Below are positions 10,688 through 20,407 of a DNA stretch of 64,000 nt, piece after piece (position 1 is the first letter of the stretch; each line of letters begins with the position of its first letter). The DNA lies in NCBI GenBank assembly GCA_965226885.1, contig CBDDEL010000013.1, positions 1-64,000 of the forward strand. The letters run 5' to 3'. Below the pieces are notes generated by a model that was given only the letters and a program-made list of their open reading frames with translations, was not told the origin of the DNA and ran no database searches. Position numbers and translations under genes: made by a program. The stretch is from Opitutales bacterium. GTDB taxonomy: Bacteria; Verrucomicrobiota; Verrucomicrobiia; Opitutales; UBA2987.

Positions 10688-11998
10688 TTAGGTTGGCACC
10701 AATCGGCGGGCTGCATGGTTGAAAAGACTGGCCCAAGGATAACTCTCACTTAGGTGAAAGTGAATCGTTCGGGTGTTGCGCACGATGACCGCTCCGATCT
10801 TGATTAATTTGAGCCGCAGGGTGTGGCATTGGGCCCGCGCCCACTTCGTCCCTTTTAAGGCTAACCGGCGCATGGCTTCCATCAAGGTGTAGGCCAGCGC
10901 CGACAAGAGCAATCGCCACTGATTGGCCCACCATTGATGGGCGCTGGTGCGCTCGCTGAACAATTGCATCTGTTCCTTGATTCGGTTCTCCATTTCACCG
11001 CGGCCACAGTATACCTTGTCGTAAAGCTCCTGGGGATCGCCCGGCAGGTTCGTCACCACGAAGCGCGGGTTGGACCCCTGTGCGGTGTGTTCGGCTTTAT
11101 GGATGACCAACCGCAGCCATCGCCACGAATCGGCAGCATAGACGAAGTCCTGGAATAACCGTTGTTTTTTACCCCTTAGTTCGAACCATTCTTTGGCCTG
11201 CTTTTGCAACTGCTGGGCGTCTTGCTGCAAGCGTGCATTGCGAGCCATCCCCACGATGTAACTAACTTCGTTGCGGTCGCACCAAGAGAGTATCCGGTCT
11301 CGACAAAATCCACTGTCGGCGCGCCAAATAATCCGCGTACGGGGCCAGCTTTGGCGCATCCGTTTAACCAGCAATTTGAGGATGGCCCCGGCATGCTTGC
11401 TGGCATCGATCTTGCTCGGCCGCAGGTAGGCCACCAGCAGCTGATCACCGCAAAAAACATATAGCGGCAGAAAACAGTAATGATCATAATAACCGTGGAA
11501 AAAACGTCCCTCCTGGAGCCCGTGCACCGGATTGTCGGTGGCGTCAAAGTCCAGGATGATCTCTTCGGGTTCCTCGGCAAAGGAGCCCATGAACTGTTCG
11601 ACCAACAGCTCGTTTACCGCAAAGGCCGCCCGCCGATCCTGCCCGTTTTCAAAACGACACAAAGTCGGCGCGCTGGCCAACGTTTCAATGCGCCCCGTTA
11701 CCGTTTGCAACAATGGATCGTGGCGCAGGGTATCAAAGTCGTTCAAATCCTCATAGCCCGCCACCAGCCCGTAAACGCGCTGCCGCAGCATCCCCAATAC
11801 CTCATGGCGTACTTTGCCCTTCTGCCGTTTGTCCACTAACTGTCGGGCCGCTCGTTCGGTCAAGCCCAACTGCCGATCCACTTCCCGGATCAAAAGCAGT
11901 CCGGCATCCGAAGTAACCTCTCCGCCCTTGAAATCAACCCGCACACGGCGGCCTTTTACCCTTGTCAACTGTAGCTTTAATTGTTTACCTTTTGTCAT
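10688..11998 (-). CDS. IS1380 transposase (436 aa from MTKGK)
   Basis: TSDAGLLL, LDFDATD, RADSGF, YCGRGEMENRIKE motifs. Confidence 0.93.
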   Translation of the reverse strand: MTKGKQLKLQLTRVKGRRVRVDFKGGEVTSDAGLLLIREVDRQLGLTERAARQLVDKRQKGKVRHEVLGMLRQRVYGLVAGYEDLNDFDTLRHDPLLQTVTGRIETLASAPTLCRFENGQDRRAAFAVNELLVEQFMGSFAEEPEEIILDFDATDNPVHGLQEGRFFHGYYDHYCFLPLYVFCGDQLLVAYLRPSKIDASKHAGAILKLLVKRMRQSWPRTRIIWRADSGFCRDRILSWCDRNEVSYIVGMARNARLQQDAQQLQKQAKEWFELRGKKQRLFQDFVYAADSWRWLRLVIHKAEHTAQGSNPRFVVTNLPGDPQELYDKVYCGRGEMENRIKEQMQLFSERTSAHQWWANQWRLLLSALAYTLMEAMRRLALKGTKWARAQCHTLRLKLIKIGAVIVRNTRTIHFHLSESYPWASLFNHAARRLVPT

Positions 11999-12085
11999 CG
12001 CTGATATTGCTTTAATTATTGATCTATCCTGCTGTATATCAGCAGTTAAGCATATCAACGATACTTTTTTTACGAAATATCCGGG

Positions 12086-13567
12086 CTAGGCCGCCGCTTT
12101 GGTTTTTAGTTCGTCTTGCTGGGCCAGCATCTTGGCTACTTTCCATAGGTTGTGCGAGAGTACCGACCAGGCTACGCTGATCGAGCGGTTGGCAAAGCCT
12201 TTGCTGCGCAACCGCCCGGCCTGCCAGCGATTCTTCAATACCCCGATCCGCCCTTCGGTGCTGGCCCGGCGCTTTTGCAATTGTCTGAACAGTGGTTCCT
12301 CCATCCGTTTTTTCAACTGCTTCGGATCGCGTGGACAGAGCGCGTCGTAGATTCCCTCCTGGGCTAACTGCCGGCGGGCCCGCTGGGAGGCAAATCCCCG
12401 GTCCGCGCACATGGCCGCTATGGGTTCTTCCAGGTTGAAGCGGTTCTGTCTTTGCAAACTCTCTTGCATTTGTTCATTTTCGCTTGGAGTTCGGCTGCCG
12501 TAGAGTTTCCAGTCCAGCAGGTACCCTTCAACGCTTTCTCCCAAAAACAGGGTGTTGCCGAACTCGACCTCTTGGCCCGCTTTACCTCGCACAATCACCT
12601 GCCCATCGAGTTCGTAAACACTCAAGACTTTCTCTGCGTTTTTCACCTGGCGGCCGCCAATGATCCGCTCGTGCGCCTGTTTGATGACCACCGGGATTTG
12701 CTCGCTCATGCGCTCCATCCGGGCGAGGATCTGTTGGACCTGTTTTTCGCTGTAATCGCTTTGCTCCCAGCAGGCTTGCAATAATTCCCGGTGACTGCGG
12801 GCATGCTCCCCGAGCCGTTTGAGCAGCTTTTTCATCTGCCTCAAGATACCCTTGCGCTGCCGCGCGCTGTCCTTTCGCCGCCGGCTGTGGGTCATCTGTA
12901 TGCACAGCCGATTCATCTGCCGAGCCAAGGGCTCCGGTTCGATCGGCATGCGATGGCGCAAACCGGCCTTCTCGCGGATCAGCCGGATCGCTTTGAGCAA
13001 CGTGCCGGCTACATCCTTGAGTAATACCCAGTCCGTCGGCCAATGAATGTTAGCCTCCAAACAGGTGCCGTCGATCAGGCAAATGGTGGTGTCAATCGGC
13101 TTGTCCAATCCCACCTGCCGGGCCAGAAGGGCATCGCCCACCACCTCAGTCAAGGTCCGGTGCAAGGCCCTCAACTGCTCTTCGCTGAAAAACTTCGAGG
13201 CCCGCTCCAGGGTGCTTTTGGAGATGCCCCTGATGCCATCGATCTGCCGGACACGGCAAAAGTCGGCCAACAGATCGCTGCTGCCCAGAGCCCGCGACAA
13301 ATGCCGAAACGAGATCCCTCCGAGCAGACGGCCCAGCGTATCCATGCGCAGTGCCTTGATGGCAAAACTGGCCCGCTGCCGCCGGGCCTTTAGACCCATT
13401 GGCGGCCACCCCTCCAAGGCCAGCTCAATGGCCTGCGATTCCACCTCCGAGTCGATCAGCAGCCGATCGATTCGATCAATGGTGGCGCGGAAGTTATCGT
13501 AATCGAGGCACCGGTCGACCACAGTTAAAGCTGGACGCAGGAGGCATTGGATGGCTATATTTTTCAT
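12086..13567 (-). CDS. ISNCY/IS5-like DDE transposase (493 aa)
   Basis: DGTCLEANIHWPTD, GKAGQEVEFG, ADRGF, RASTEGRIG motifs; inside IR-bounded element. Confidence 0.88.
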   Translation of the reverse strand: MKNIAIQCLLRPALTVVDRCLDYDNFRATIDRIDRLLIDSEVESQAIELALEGWPPMGLKARRQRASFAIKALRMDTLGRLLGGISFRHLSRALGSSDLLADFCRVRQIDGIRGISKSTLERASKFFSEEQLRALHRTLTEVVGDALLARQVGLDKPIDTTICLIDGTCLEANIHWPTDWVLLKDVAGTLLKAIRLIREKAGLRHRMPIEPEPLARQMNRLCIQMTHSRRRKDSARQRKGILRQMKKLLKRLGEHARSHRELLQACWEQSDYSEKQVQQILARMERMSEQIPVVIKQAHERIIGGRQVKNAEKVLSVYELDGQVIVRGKAGQEVEFGNTLFLGESVEGYLLDWKLYGSRTPSENEQMQESLQRQNRFNLEEPIAAMCADRGFASQRARRQLAQEGIYDALCPRDPKQLKKRMEEPLFRQLQKRRASTEGRIGVLKNRWQAGRLRSKGFANRSISVAWSVLSHNLWKVAKMLAQQDELKTKAAA

Positions 13568-13823
13568 AGAAAGGGCTATATTGATTTTCGCTAACTCAAT
13601 TATAGAACCCTTTTTTGGCCGGATCGAGCAAAAACTTGCTCTTTCCGGCTCTTTTTATCAACGTCATCCAGTTGACTATAAAATCTTTATATTTTTGGGA
13701 TAGCCTCTACTTATGCTTTGATGGCTCTTGGGGGTTTGGCTTTGATTGCCGGTTATGGCCGCAAGAAGAAGGTATGACTGCTTTTTAACTGACTGACTCT
13801 ATCCTGCCCTACGATTTTTTAAA

Positions 13824-13864
13824 CAAAGCGCTCCGGTTGAAAAACCGGAGCGTTTTGCTTTTAT
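13824..13864. terminator. Probable bidirectional intrinsic terminator
   Basis: CAAAGCGCTCCGGTT-GAAA-AACCGGAGCGTTTTG hairpin between the converging PEP-CTERM gene and gspF. Confidence 0.75.
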
Positions 13865-13951
13865 AAGGAGCAGGTAAAAAGAGAGAGAGCAGCAGAACCA
13901 ACTTTCTTTGTGCGATTGATTAACTGGTCGTGTCCAAATCCAGAATCTTTT

Positions 13952-15214
13952 TTAAAGGGTCAGCGTCTGGCTGATGTTGAGGACGCTGAAGATGATGCTG
14001 AGGGCGATCATGGCGACGAGTAGGAAAGCGAAAATGAGGGCCGCGGAGGAGATGAAATTGGTCAGGAAGGTGAGGGAGCCGGTGAGGTCGCGCCGGTTCA
14101 TTTTGGTGATTTCGCGCAGGCTGTTGACGATGTTGCCGGTGTTTTCACCCACCGTGAGGATGTCGATGGCGATGTCCGGCATGAAGTAGGTCTGCCGGAA
14201 GACGGAGGCGAGGGACACCCCTTCCTGGATCTGCCGTCGGCAAATTCGGAATTTGGCTTTTAACTGGGTATTATGAAGAGTCCGTTCGGCCAGACGGAGG
14301 GTTTCAGTGGTATTGATCCCGCTCTCCATCAAGGTGGCCATCAAACTGGTGGCCTGGTAAATTTCCGAATAAAGGAAAATCCTCCCGATAAAGGGGAGCC
14401 GCAGAAGCCAGAAATCGGTTTTTTCCCTTCCATTGGGGGTCTTGCGCCATTGGGCCAGGGCCGTGATTGCAAAGATCAGTCCAATTATGATGAATGGCCC
14501 GAAATTAACCGTGAAATGCGCGCTGCCGATGAGCATCCGGGCCAGAATTTGCATTTCCCCACCCAGGGTCGTGAGCATGTTTTCAATCTTGGGCAACAGG
14601 AAAAAGAGAAAAAAGCCGACCACCCCGAATGCCACGACACAGATAAATACCGGGTAGGCCAGGCTGGTAAGGATGCGGGTGCGCAATTCAGCCGCTTCCT
14701 CCTTGTAGGCGACAATCCTTTCCAGAATGGACACCAGGTTTCCCGTCGCCTCGCCCGCTTCCACCAAATGGATGCTCGATTGGTCAAAAATATCCTTACG
14801 GGTGGCCATGGAGGCGGCCAGGGTGCGGCCCTCGCTTAAATCACGCCAGAGCGCCTCGGCCAATCCCTTCTGTTCCGGGTCGTTCAAGCGCATGTTGAGC
14901 AGTTTGACGGCATCTCCCAGGGGCATTCCACTGGTCAGCAATTCCAGCAGTTTGCGGAAAAATTGCAGTGAGAGGTTCTTTTTGGCGGCCCCTCCTGGCA
15001 GTCTCAATTTTGGTTTGGCTTTGCGGTCGCTCTTAAAAAAATCGTAGGAAATTTCCGTGATATCGGTCTGTTCCTGATCCCGTTGCTTGATCGCGATCGG
15101 TTTGAAATTGCGAGCAAAAAGCTGTTGCCCGACCTGTTTGCGATCGCGCGCTTCAATGGTGCCGCTAACCGACTCGCCATTTTCGGCAATAGCTTTATAA
15201 ACAAAAGAGGGCAT
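13952..15214 (-). CDS. gspF: Type II secretion inner-membrane platform protein F
   Basis: GspF/PilC motifs: SGMPL, AGEATGNL, SLAYP, VGENTG. Confidence 0.92.
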   Translation of the reverse strand: MPSFVYKAIAENGESVSGTIEARDRKQVGQQLFARNFKPIAIKQRDQEQTDITEISYDFFKSDRKAKPKLRLPGGAAKKNLSLQFFRKLLELLTSGMPLGDAVKLLNMRLNDPEQKGLAEALWRDLSEGRTLAASMATRKDIFDQSSIHLVEAGEATGNLVSILERIVAYKEEAAELRTRILTSLAYPVFICVVAFGVVGFFLFFLLPKIENMLTTLGGEMQILARMLIGSAHFTVNFGPFIIIGLIFAITALAQWRKTPNGREKTDFWLLRLPFIGRIFLYSEIYQATSLMATLMESGINTTETLRLAERTLHNTQLKAKFRICRRQIQEGVSLASVFRQTYFMPDIAIDILTVGENTGNIVNSLREITKMNRRDLTGSLTFLTNFISSAALIFAFLLVAMIALSIIFSVLNISQTLTL

Positions 15215-15282
15215 AGGTGGTGGATACTATCTAAACGAAAATTAAAAGGGTGTGGTGAATGAATATTGCAATCAACACCCCA

Positions 15283-16971
15283 TCAACCTTCATCGCTGAT
15301 TTTGGAGAAGCGCATGACTTCGCTCAAGGATGTGAGGCCTCGTTTTACCTGGTTCCAGCCCGACTCCTGCAAGGTGACCATGCCGGTTTTAACGGCTTGC
15401 TGCCGTATTTGCTTGGCCGAGAGCTTCTGGATAATCATTTCGTGAATGTCGTCATTGATGCGCAGAATTTCATACAAACCGACCCGGCCGCGAAAAGCCA
15501 GGTTTCGGCAATGCTCACAGCCATCGGGGACGTAAACCGTCGTGTTCAGGTCTTCATCCGTATAATTGACCTGAAGAGCCCGCAGGCATTCTTCCAGGTA
15601 TCCTCGGCCTCTTGTGTCGGGGGTTTTACAGCGGTTGCAAAGGCGGCGGACCAAACGCTGGGCGATTATCAACTCCACCGCCGAGGCGATGAGAAAAGGC
15701 TCGATTTCCATATCGATGAGCCGGGTGAGGGCGCCGGGTGCGTCATTGGTATGAATGGTGCTGAAAACGAGGTGCCCGGTAAGGGCTGCCCTAATGGCGA
15801 TATCGGCCGTTTCCATGTCACGTATTTCGCCGACCATGATGACGTCCGGGTCTTGCCTCAGCACATGCCGCAGCGCTCCCGCGAAGGTAAACCCGATTTC
15901 CGGCCGCACCTGGGTTTGATTGACGCCCGGCACTTCGTATTCAACCGGGTCCTCAATCGTAATGATGCGTTTGCCCGGCGTGTTGATGTCCCGGATAAAG
16001 GCGGTCAGGGAGGTCGATTTACCGGAACCTGTTGGGCCGGTCACCAAAATGATCCCGTGGGGCAGATCGAGGACTTTTTGAATCTTTTCCTGATCGGAGG
16101 CAAGAAGACCCAGTTCCTCGAAATTAAGCGGTTGATTTCTCTGGTTGAGCAGGCGAAGGCTGATGCTTTCCCCATACATAACTGGCATGGTGGAAATGCG
16201 GATGTCCAGCTCGCTGTTCCCTGACCCGTAATTGATGCGCCCGTCCTGGGGCCGGCGTTTTTCCGAAATATTGAGCTTGGCCATGATTTTGAGGCGGGAA
16301 ATGATGGCCCCCTGGAATTGGATGAGGTTGTCGGGGAGGCGGATGGGCACCAACTCGCCGTCAATTCGGTAACGGATTTGCAGGGATTCCTTGAGCGGCT
16401 CGAAATGAATGTCGGTAGCGCGATCATCGACCGCTTTTTGGATAACCTCGTTGACGAATCGGATGAGGGCGGCATTTTCATCCTCGCTCTCCTCGATTTC
16501 GCGCCCGGTGTTATCGGCGTCCGCGATCAGGGAATCGCCCAAGCTGTCGGAGCCGACCCCGAAGTTTTGCGTGATGCAATTGGTCACCGCTTTGGCCGGA
16601 CCGAGGCGCCAATGCGTTTTTTTGCCGCAAACGGCAAAAATCCACTCGTTCATGCGATCCTCTGGCGGCCAAAGGGTAATCAGCTCCAGGTCTTCCTCAT
16701 TTTTCCCCTCAATGGGCAGGCATTGGTATTCGTGAATCAGGCGCAGCGGTATCTGCTCGGTGGCTTTGGGCAATAGCTCGAAAGTCTCGGCCACGGGAAT
16801 CCTGCAGGCTTCGCCGATCCGCTGAACGGTTTCCAATTCATTGCAGCGCAGGAATTGGGCCAGCAAAGGCAGGCGGTCCTGCCGCTGGGATTCCGTAAGC
16901 ATGGCCCGCTGGTCCTCGTCTAATTTGCGGGTCAGTTCTTTGAGGGGTCCATTTTCAAGATCGGCAACCAT
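15283..16971 (-). CDS. gspE: Type II secretion ATPase E
   Basis: [37 protein letters not shown], tetracysteine motif. Confidence 0.95.
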   Translation of the reverse strand: MVADLENGPLKELTRKLDEDQRAMLTESQRQDRLPLLAQFLRCNELETVQRIGEACRIPVAETFELLPKATEQIPLRLIHEYQCLPIEGKNEEDLELITLWPPEDRMNEWIFAVCGKKTHWRLGPAKAVTNCITQNFGVGSDSLGDSLIADADNTGREIEESEDENAALIRFVNEVIQKAVDDRATDIHFEPLKESLQIRYRIDGELVPIRLPDNLIQFQGAIISRLKIMAKLNISEKRRPQDGRINYGSGNSELDIRISTMPVMYGESISLRLLNQRNQPLNFEELGLLASDQEKIQKVLDLPHGIILVTGPTGSGKSTSLTAFIRDINTPGKRIITIEDPVEYEVPGVNQTQVRPEIGFTFAGALRHVLRQDPDVIMVGEIRDMETADIAIRAALTGHLVFSTIHTNDAPGALTRLIDMEIEPFLIASAVELIIAQRLVRRLCNRCKTPDTRGRGYLEECLRALQVNYTDEDLNTTVYVPDGCEHCRNLAFRGRVGLYEILRINDDIHEMIIQKLSAKQIRQQAVKTGMVTLQESGWNQVKRGLTSLSEVMRFSKISDEG

Positions 16972-17020
16972 GTTTTTCTGTTCCTTTGTTATCTAAAATC
17001 GTTATTAAAAAATTGGAGAA

Positions 17021-17722
17021 TTAATTTTGAGATCGGTTTCTGCGGTTTTGCAGTTCCTTCAACAATTCCTCAGCTTCCTTCGGTGTTTTGTAATTTTTTC
17101 TTTGGGTGTTGCCCGGAAATTGCGGCCTTTGGGGCGCAGGTTTTGCCTGGTTATTAGCCCGGCTGGCGGCCGGAGCTTTCCTGTTGGGTACGATTACCCG
17201 GCGGCGAACGACCGGTTTCTTTTTGGCTCTGGCCGCCCGGTTGGCCGCGGCCAGCTCCTGTCTTGATTTGGTGGCTCCAGGTCGGGTGGTTTGCACCGGG
17301 ATGGGTTTGTTATCGGGCGTGCGCAGGGTAATTTCCTCGGTTTTGCCATCAATGCTCAACTGGATGCTGTGGGATGTTTCATCATACCCGGTCACCTCAA
17401 AAGAGGAGCCGGTTTCCCCGAGGCTGACCCATTCCCCTTTTTGTTGTTTCTTGTTGTAAATGCTGAACTGGTATTCTCCACCCAATGAATAAACGCCGCG
17501 AAATTCAAATTCGAGGGCTGCCGAGGCGGGTCGTTTGGGTGTTGGTTTTTTAGCTCGCTGGCGGGCATTGAAATTGTCCGGGATAAAAGGCGAGTTGTCC
17601 ACCAGGTCGGCCCCGTGCAGAGAAAGGCTTGAAGTAGCGATAAAAGCAACCAATGCGGTCGTTCTGACTACAAGGCGGATCGATACTTTCAGACAGGTGC
17701 GCTTTATTCCTATACCGGTCAT
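17021..17722 (-). CDS. T2SS-associated protein (possibly GspC-like)
   Basis: N-terminal hydrophobic segment, small beta-rich domain, position between gspD and gspE. Confidence 0.6.
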   Translation of the reverse strand: MTGIGIKRTCLKVSIRLVVRTTALVAFIATSSLSLHGADLVDNSPFIPDNFNARQRAKKPTPKRPASAALEFEFRGVYSLGGEYQFSIYNKKQQKGEWVSLGETGSSFEVTGYDETSHSIQLSIDGKTEEITLRTPDNKPIPVQTTRPGATKSRQELAAANRAARAKKKPVVRRRVIVPNRKAPAASRANNQAKPAPQRPQFPGNTQRKNYKTPKEAEELLKELQNRRNRSQN

Positions 17723-19800
17723 TTATCTTTCTTTTTCTTCGGTTTCAAAAAAGACTTTAGCTCTTCCTCATCTTCCTTCGGTTTGAAGGTTCCCTTTTCT
17801 AAATAGTGGAGAACTTCCTCGTTGCTTTGAAGAAGATCGATTTGTTTTCCTGCGTCCTCATTAGCTTCTTGGCTGGTAGTGAGGACATGCGGTTGTATGA
17901 ATATGAGTAATTCTGTTTTCGTAAGAACAATCGATTTGGAACCGAAGAGCGAACCCAACAGAGGAATCGAACCAAATAAAGCCAGTCTGGACTTGCTCTC
18001 CGTTTCATCAATCGATTGCAATCCTCCCAGAACAACCAGTTCCCCGTCCCTCACACTGATAAATGAGGTTGCATTGCGTGTGCCGATGATCGGTTGCTGG
18101 TTTCCGTCGACTGAAATCTCGCCGACCACGCTTTCCACCTTTTGTTCGATTTCCATTTGAACAACGCCATTGGCGCCGATGAGGGGCTTGACTTTCAGCT
18201 CGATCCCGATGTCGCGAAATTGCACCGTGCTGCGGGCGAATCCCTGGGAGGCGAGGCTCGATTGGGAGCTCGTGATTACCGGTCGGGCTTCTCCAACATT
18301 TATGGTGGCTTCCTGATTATGGGTGGTCATTATGGTTGGAGCCGAGAGCACCTTTACCAAATTGTTTTGCCGCGCTTTATTGATGACTGCGGCAATTGAA
18401 AACGGATCTATAGTTCCCCTGGCAATATCAAAAATGGTTTTAGAACCTATGCTGGAACCGGACGGTGTTACAGAATATACGAACTGATTGGCTGAGCCTG
18501 TTGGGGTTGTATCGTCGTCACCACTACTTTGTAAGGCGTTATAGGAGAAATTGAAAGCGTCGATGCCTCGCACCAAGTCTTTCGACAGGGAAACTTCGGC
18601 GATAACCACCTCGATACGGACCTGGGCCAGCAAAACGTCTATTTTATCTACCAATTCCTTCAATGCTTTCAGGTCGCCGTGGGTGCCGTAGGCGACAATG
18701 GCGTTGGCCCGCGGATCGGCCACGATGCGCATGTATTCACTAAACTGGAGGTTCTCTTCACTGGCTGCGACAGCGGCCGCTACCTTGTTGGTTCGTGCTT
18801 GCTGCTGTTGCTGCGCCGGTTGTTGGCGCCTGGTCGTTTGTGGTGTCCCGGCCTGGCTTTCACGGGCTTGCTGCTGGCCGGTAATGACTTGATCAACCAG
18901 GCTGACCACTTCCTCGGCATCGGCATGTTTGAGGCGAAACACCTCCGTCTGGGTTAAGGGCGCAACATCGATATCCAGTTTATCTATCAAATCGGTGATA
19001 ATCGTTTTGTTGCTGTGATGAGTGACCACGATGACCTGGTTGGTGCGATCGTCGGCATCGAAGGTCGTGTTGTTTTCAAAATACCGCCGGAGGCTGCCCT
19101 GCTGCATGGCTGTCAAGCGCGTGACAATCTCCGAGGCCGTCACATGCTTCATGGTGAAGAAGTAGATGGCCGTGTCCAGAGGCGCCGGGACGTCGATTTT
19201 CAAAAGGATTTTCTCAATTCTTTGTAAATTGATGAGGGCATCGACGATCATGAGGGAATTGCTTTTATCGAATGCCACCGGCGTTCCCTGGGTGAGCATG
19301 GGCTGCAGGAGGGGAAGCGCTTCGGCCACCTGAAGGTAATTGAGGCGGAAAAACTTGGCATATATCTTCTGGCTGGGAATGGCATCCAGGGTGGTCTTTT
19401 CGATCATGGGAGGCACCTGTGTTCCGATAGCGGCTGAGGGCACTGCCTTGAGGAATTTTTCCCCCACATCTGTAATGGCGATCCCGTTGAGGCTGAGCAA
19501 ACTTTCCAGGGCCAGAACGGCCTCAGCTTTGGTCATGGGGCCCTGGCTGGAAAAATTCATCTTAACCGTAGGGAGGCTTTGCTGCCGTAAAATCGGCTTG
19601 CCCGTAAACCGCTCCATCATGTCGAGAACTTCGTTGGACCCCAGGTCGCTCATGCGGATAACGCCCACTGTCTCATCGGGGTTGGGGACATCGGTTTGCT
19701 GAGCCTGCAATGCCGTAGTTAAAAAAGTTGCCGTCAGGCCACCCAAAATGGTCCTGAAACAATTATGCATGAATGTTTTTATGCTTATGCGAGTATTCAT
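17719..19800 (-). CDS. gspD: Type II secretion secretin D
   Basis: N domains, QVRIEVVIAEV, LSAPTIMTTHNQEA, GIELKVKP, IPLLGSLF. Confidence 0.93.
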   Translation of the reverse strand: MNTRISIKTFMHNCFRTILGGLTATFLTTALQAQQTDVPNPDETVGVIRMSDLGSNEVLDMMERFTGKPILRQQSLPTVKMNFSSQGPMTKAEAVLALESLLSLNGIAITDVGEKFLKAVPSAAIGTQVPPMIEKTTLDAIPSQKIYAKFFRLNYLQVAEALPLLQPMLTQGTPVAFDKSNSLMIVDALINLQRIEKILLKIDVPAPLDTAIYFFTMKHVTASEIVTRLTAMQQGSLRRYFENNTTFDADDRTNQVIVVTHHSNKTIITDLIDKLDIDVAPLTQTEVFRLKHADAEEVVSLVDQVITGQQQARESQAGTPQTTRRQQPAQQQQQARTNKVAAAVAASEENLQFSEYMRIVADPRANAIVAYGTHGDLKALKELVDKIDVLLAQVRIEVVIAEVSLSKDLVRGIDAFNFSYNALQSSGDDDTTPTGSANQFVYSVTPSGSSIGSKTIFDIARGTIDPFSIAAVINKARQNNLVKVLSAPTIMTTHNQEATINVGEARPVITSSQSSLASQGFARSTVQFRDIGIELKVKPLIGANGVVQMEIEQKVESVVGEISVDGNQQPIIGTRNATSFISVRDGELVVLGGLQSIDETESKSRLALFGSIPLLGSLFGSKSIVLTKTELLIFIQPHVLTTSQEANEDAGKQIDLLQSNEEVLHYLEKGTFKPKEDEEELKSFLKPKKKKDK

Positions 19801-19837
19801 AATCCAGTCGGTGATGCGGCGGCATCTATATATTAAA

Positions 19838-20371
19838 TTAAAGCGCGTTCTCTTTCAGCTCAAAGGAAGAAATGACAAATTGAGCGTTAAGGAGGCGAGG
19901 ATCCGATTTGTTGGAGGTTAGTTTCACCCTTTCCAGTCCGAGGTAAGGAGCTCCCTTTTTTATCTGATTGTCAAAGTCGATCAGTTCGCCGATTCCAGCC
20001 TGTTGAACCTGGATGCGAACCGTGTGGATGTTAAAGATGTCTCCCGGTTCGGTTTGGGGGGTATTGGTGTCAAATCTCAGATTTGCATTTCGCGCGAATG
20101 AGTCCAGTTTTCCCACCAGTTGGGAACTGTTGTAGGTTTTTTGAGGATCCAAACGCTGCAATTGGTCTTGCAAGCGCGTTTCAATCGTCTCGCGTTCGCC
20201 CATCAGGATTTGCTGCATGGTCAATTCATTCCCGGTCCGGGTAAACTCGTTGCGAAAGGCTTTTACCGATCGCATCACGGATCCTCCCCACACCAGCAGG
20301 CAAACCCAAATAAACAACGTGAGCAGGAAACGCTCGCGAAGCGACAAGGCCTGGAATAAATTTTTTAACAT
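19838..20371 (-). CDS. gspM: GspM/PilO-like protein
   Basis: LSLRER plus TM helix, coiled coil, position in operon. Confidence 0.65.
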   Translation of the reverse strand: MLKNLFQALSLRERFLLTLFIWVCLLVWGGSVMRSVKAFRNEFTRTGNELTMQQILMGERETIETRLQDQLQRLDPQKTYNSSQLVGKLDSFARNANLRFDTNTPQTEPGDIFNIHTVRIQVQQAGIGELIDFDNQIKKGAPYLGLERVKLTSNKSDPRLLNAQFVISSFELKENAL

Positions 20372-20407
20372 TTTTAAAGTAAAGAGTTCTAAACCGGTTT
20401 AAATTCG

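Larger units (their letters stand above)
7184..12085 (-). mobile_element. IS1380-family element with IS21 in its right end
   Basis: CCCGGATATTTC IRs; TSD CTAG at 7180-7183 and 12086-12089, which is the ISNCY stop codon. Confidence 0.95.
6181..13707 (-). mobile_element. ISNCY/IS5-like element, copy 2, carrying nested IS1-B, IS1380, IS21 and IS1-A
   Basis: IRs GAGGCTGTCCCAAAA and TTTTGGGATAGCCTC; 6-bp TSD TACTTA at 6175-6180 and 13708-13713. Confidence 0.92.
4293..13777 (+). pseudogene. PEP-CTERM sorting-domain protein (207 aa reconstructed), interrupted twice
   Basis: Joining 4293-4646 + 5975-6180 + 13714-13777 gives one open frame: signal peptide ... NQEF|GLWRD ... AVPEPSTY|ALMALGGLALIAGYGRKKKV*. 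Confidence 0.93.

Noticed and set aside
15259..16224. Long opposite-strand ORFs over gspE, gatB, pilO and IS genes
   Set aside because: Shadow frames of GC-rich coding sequence with no recognisable motifs.
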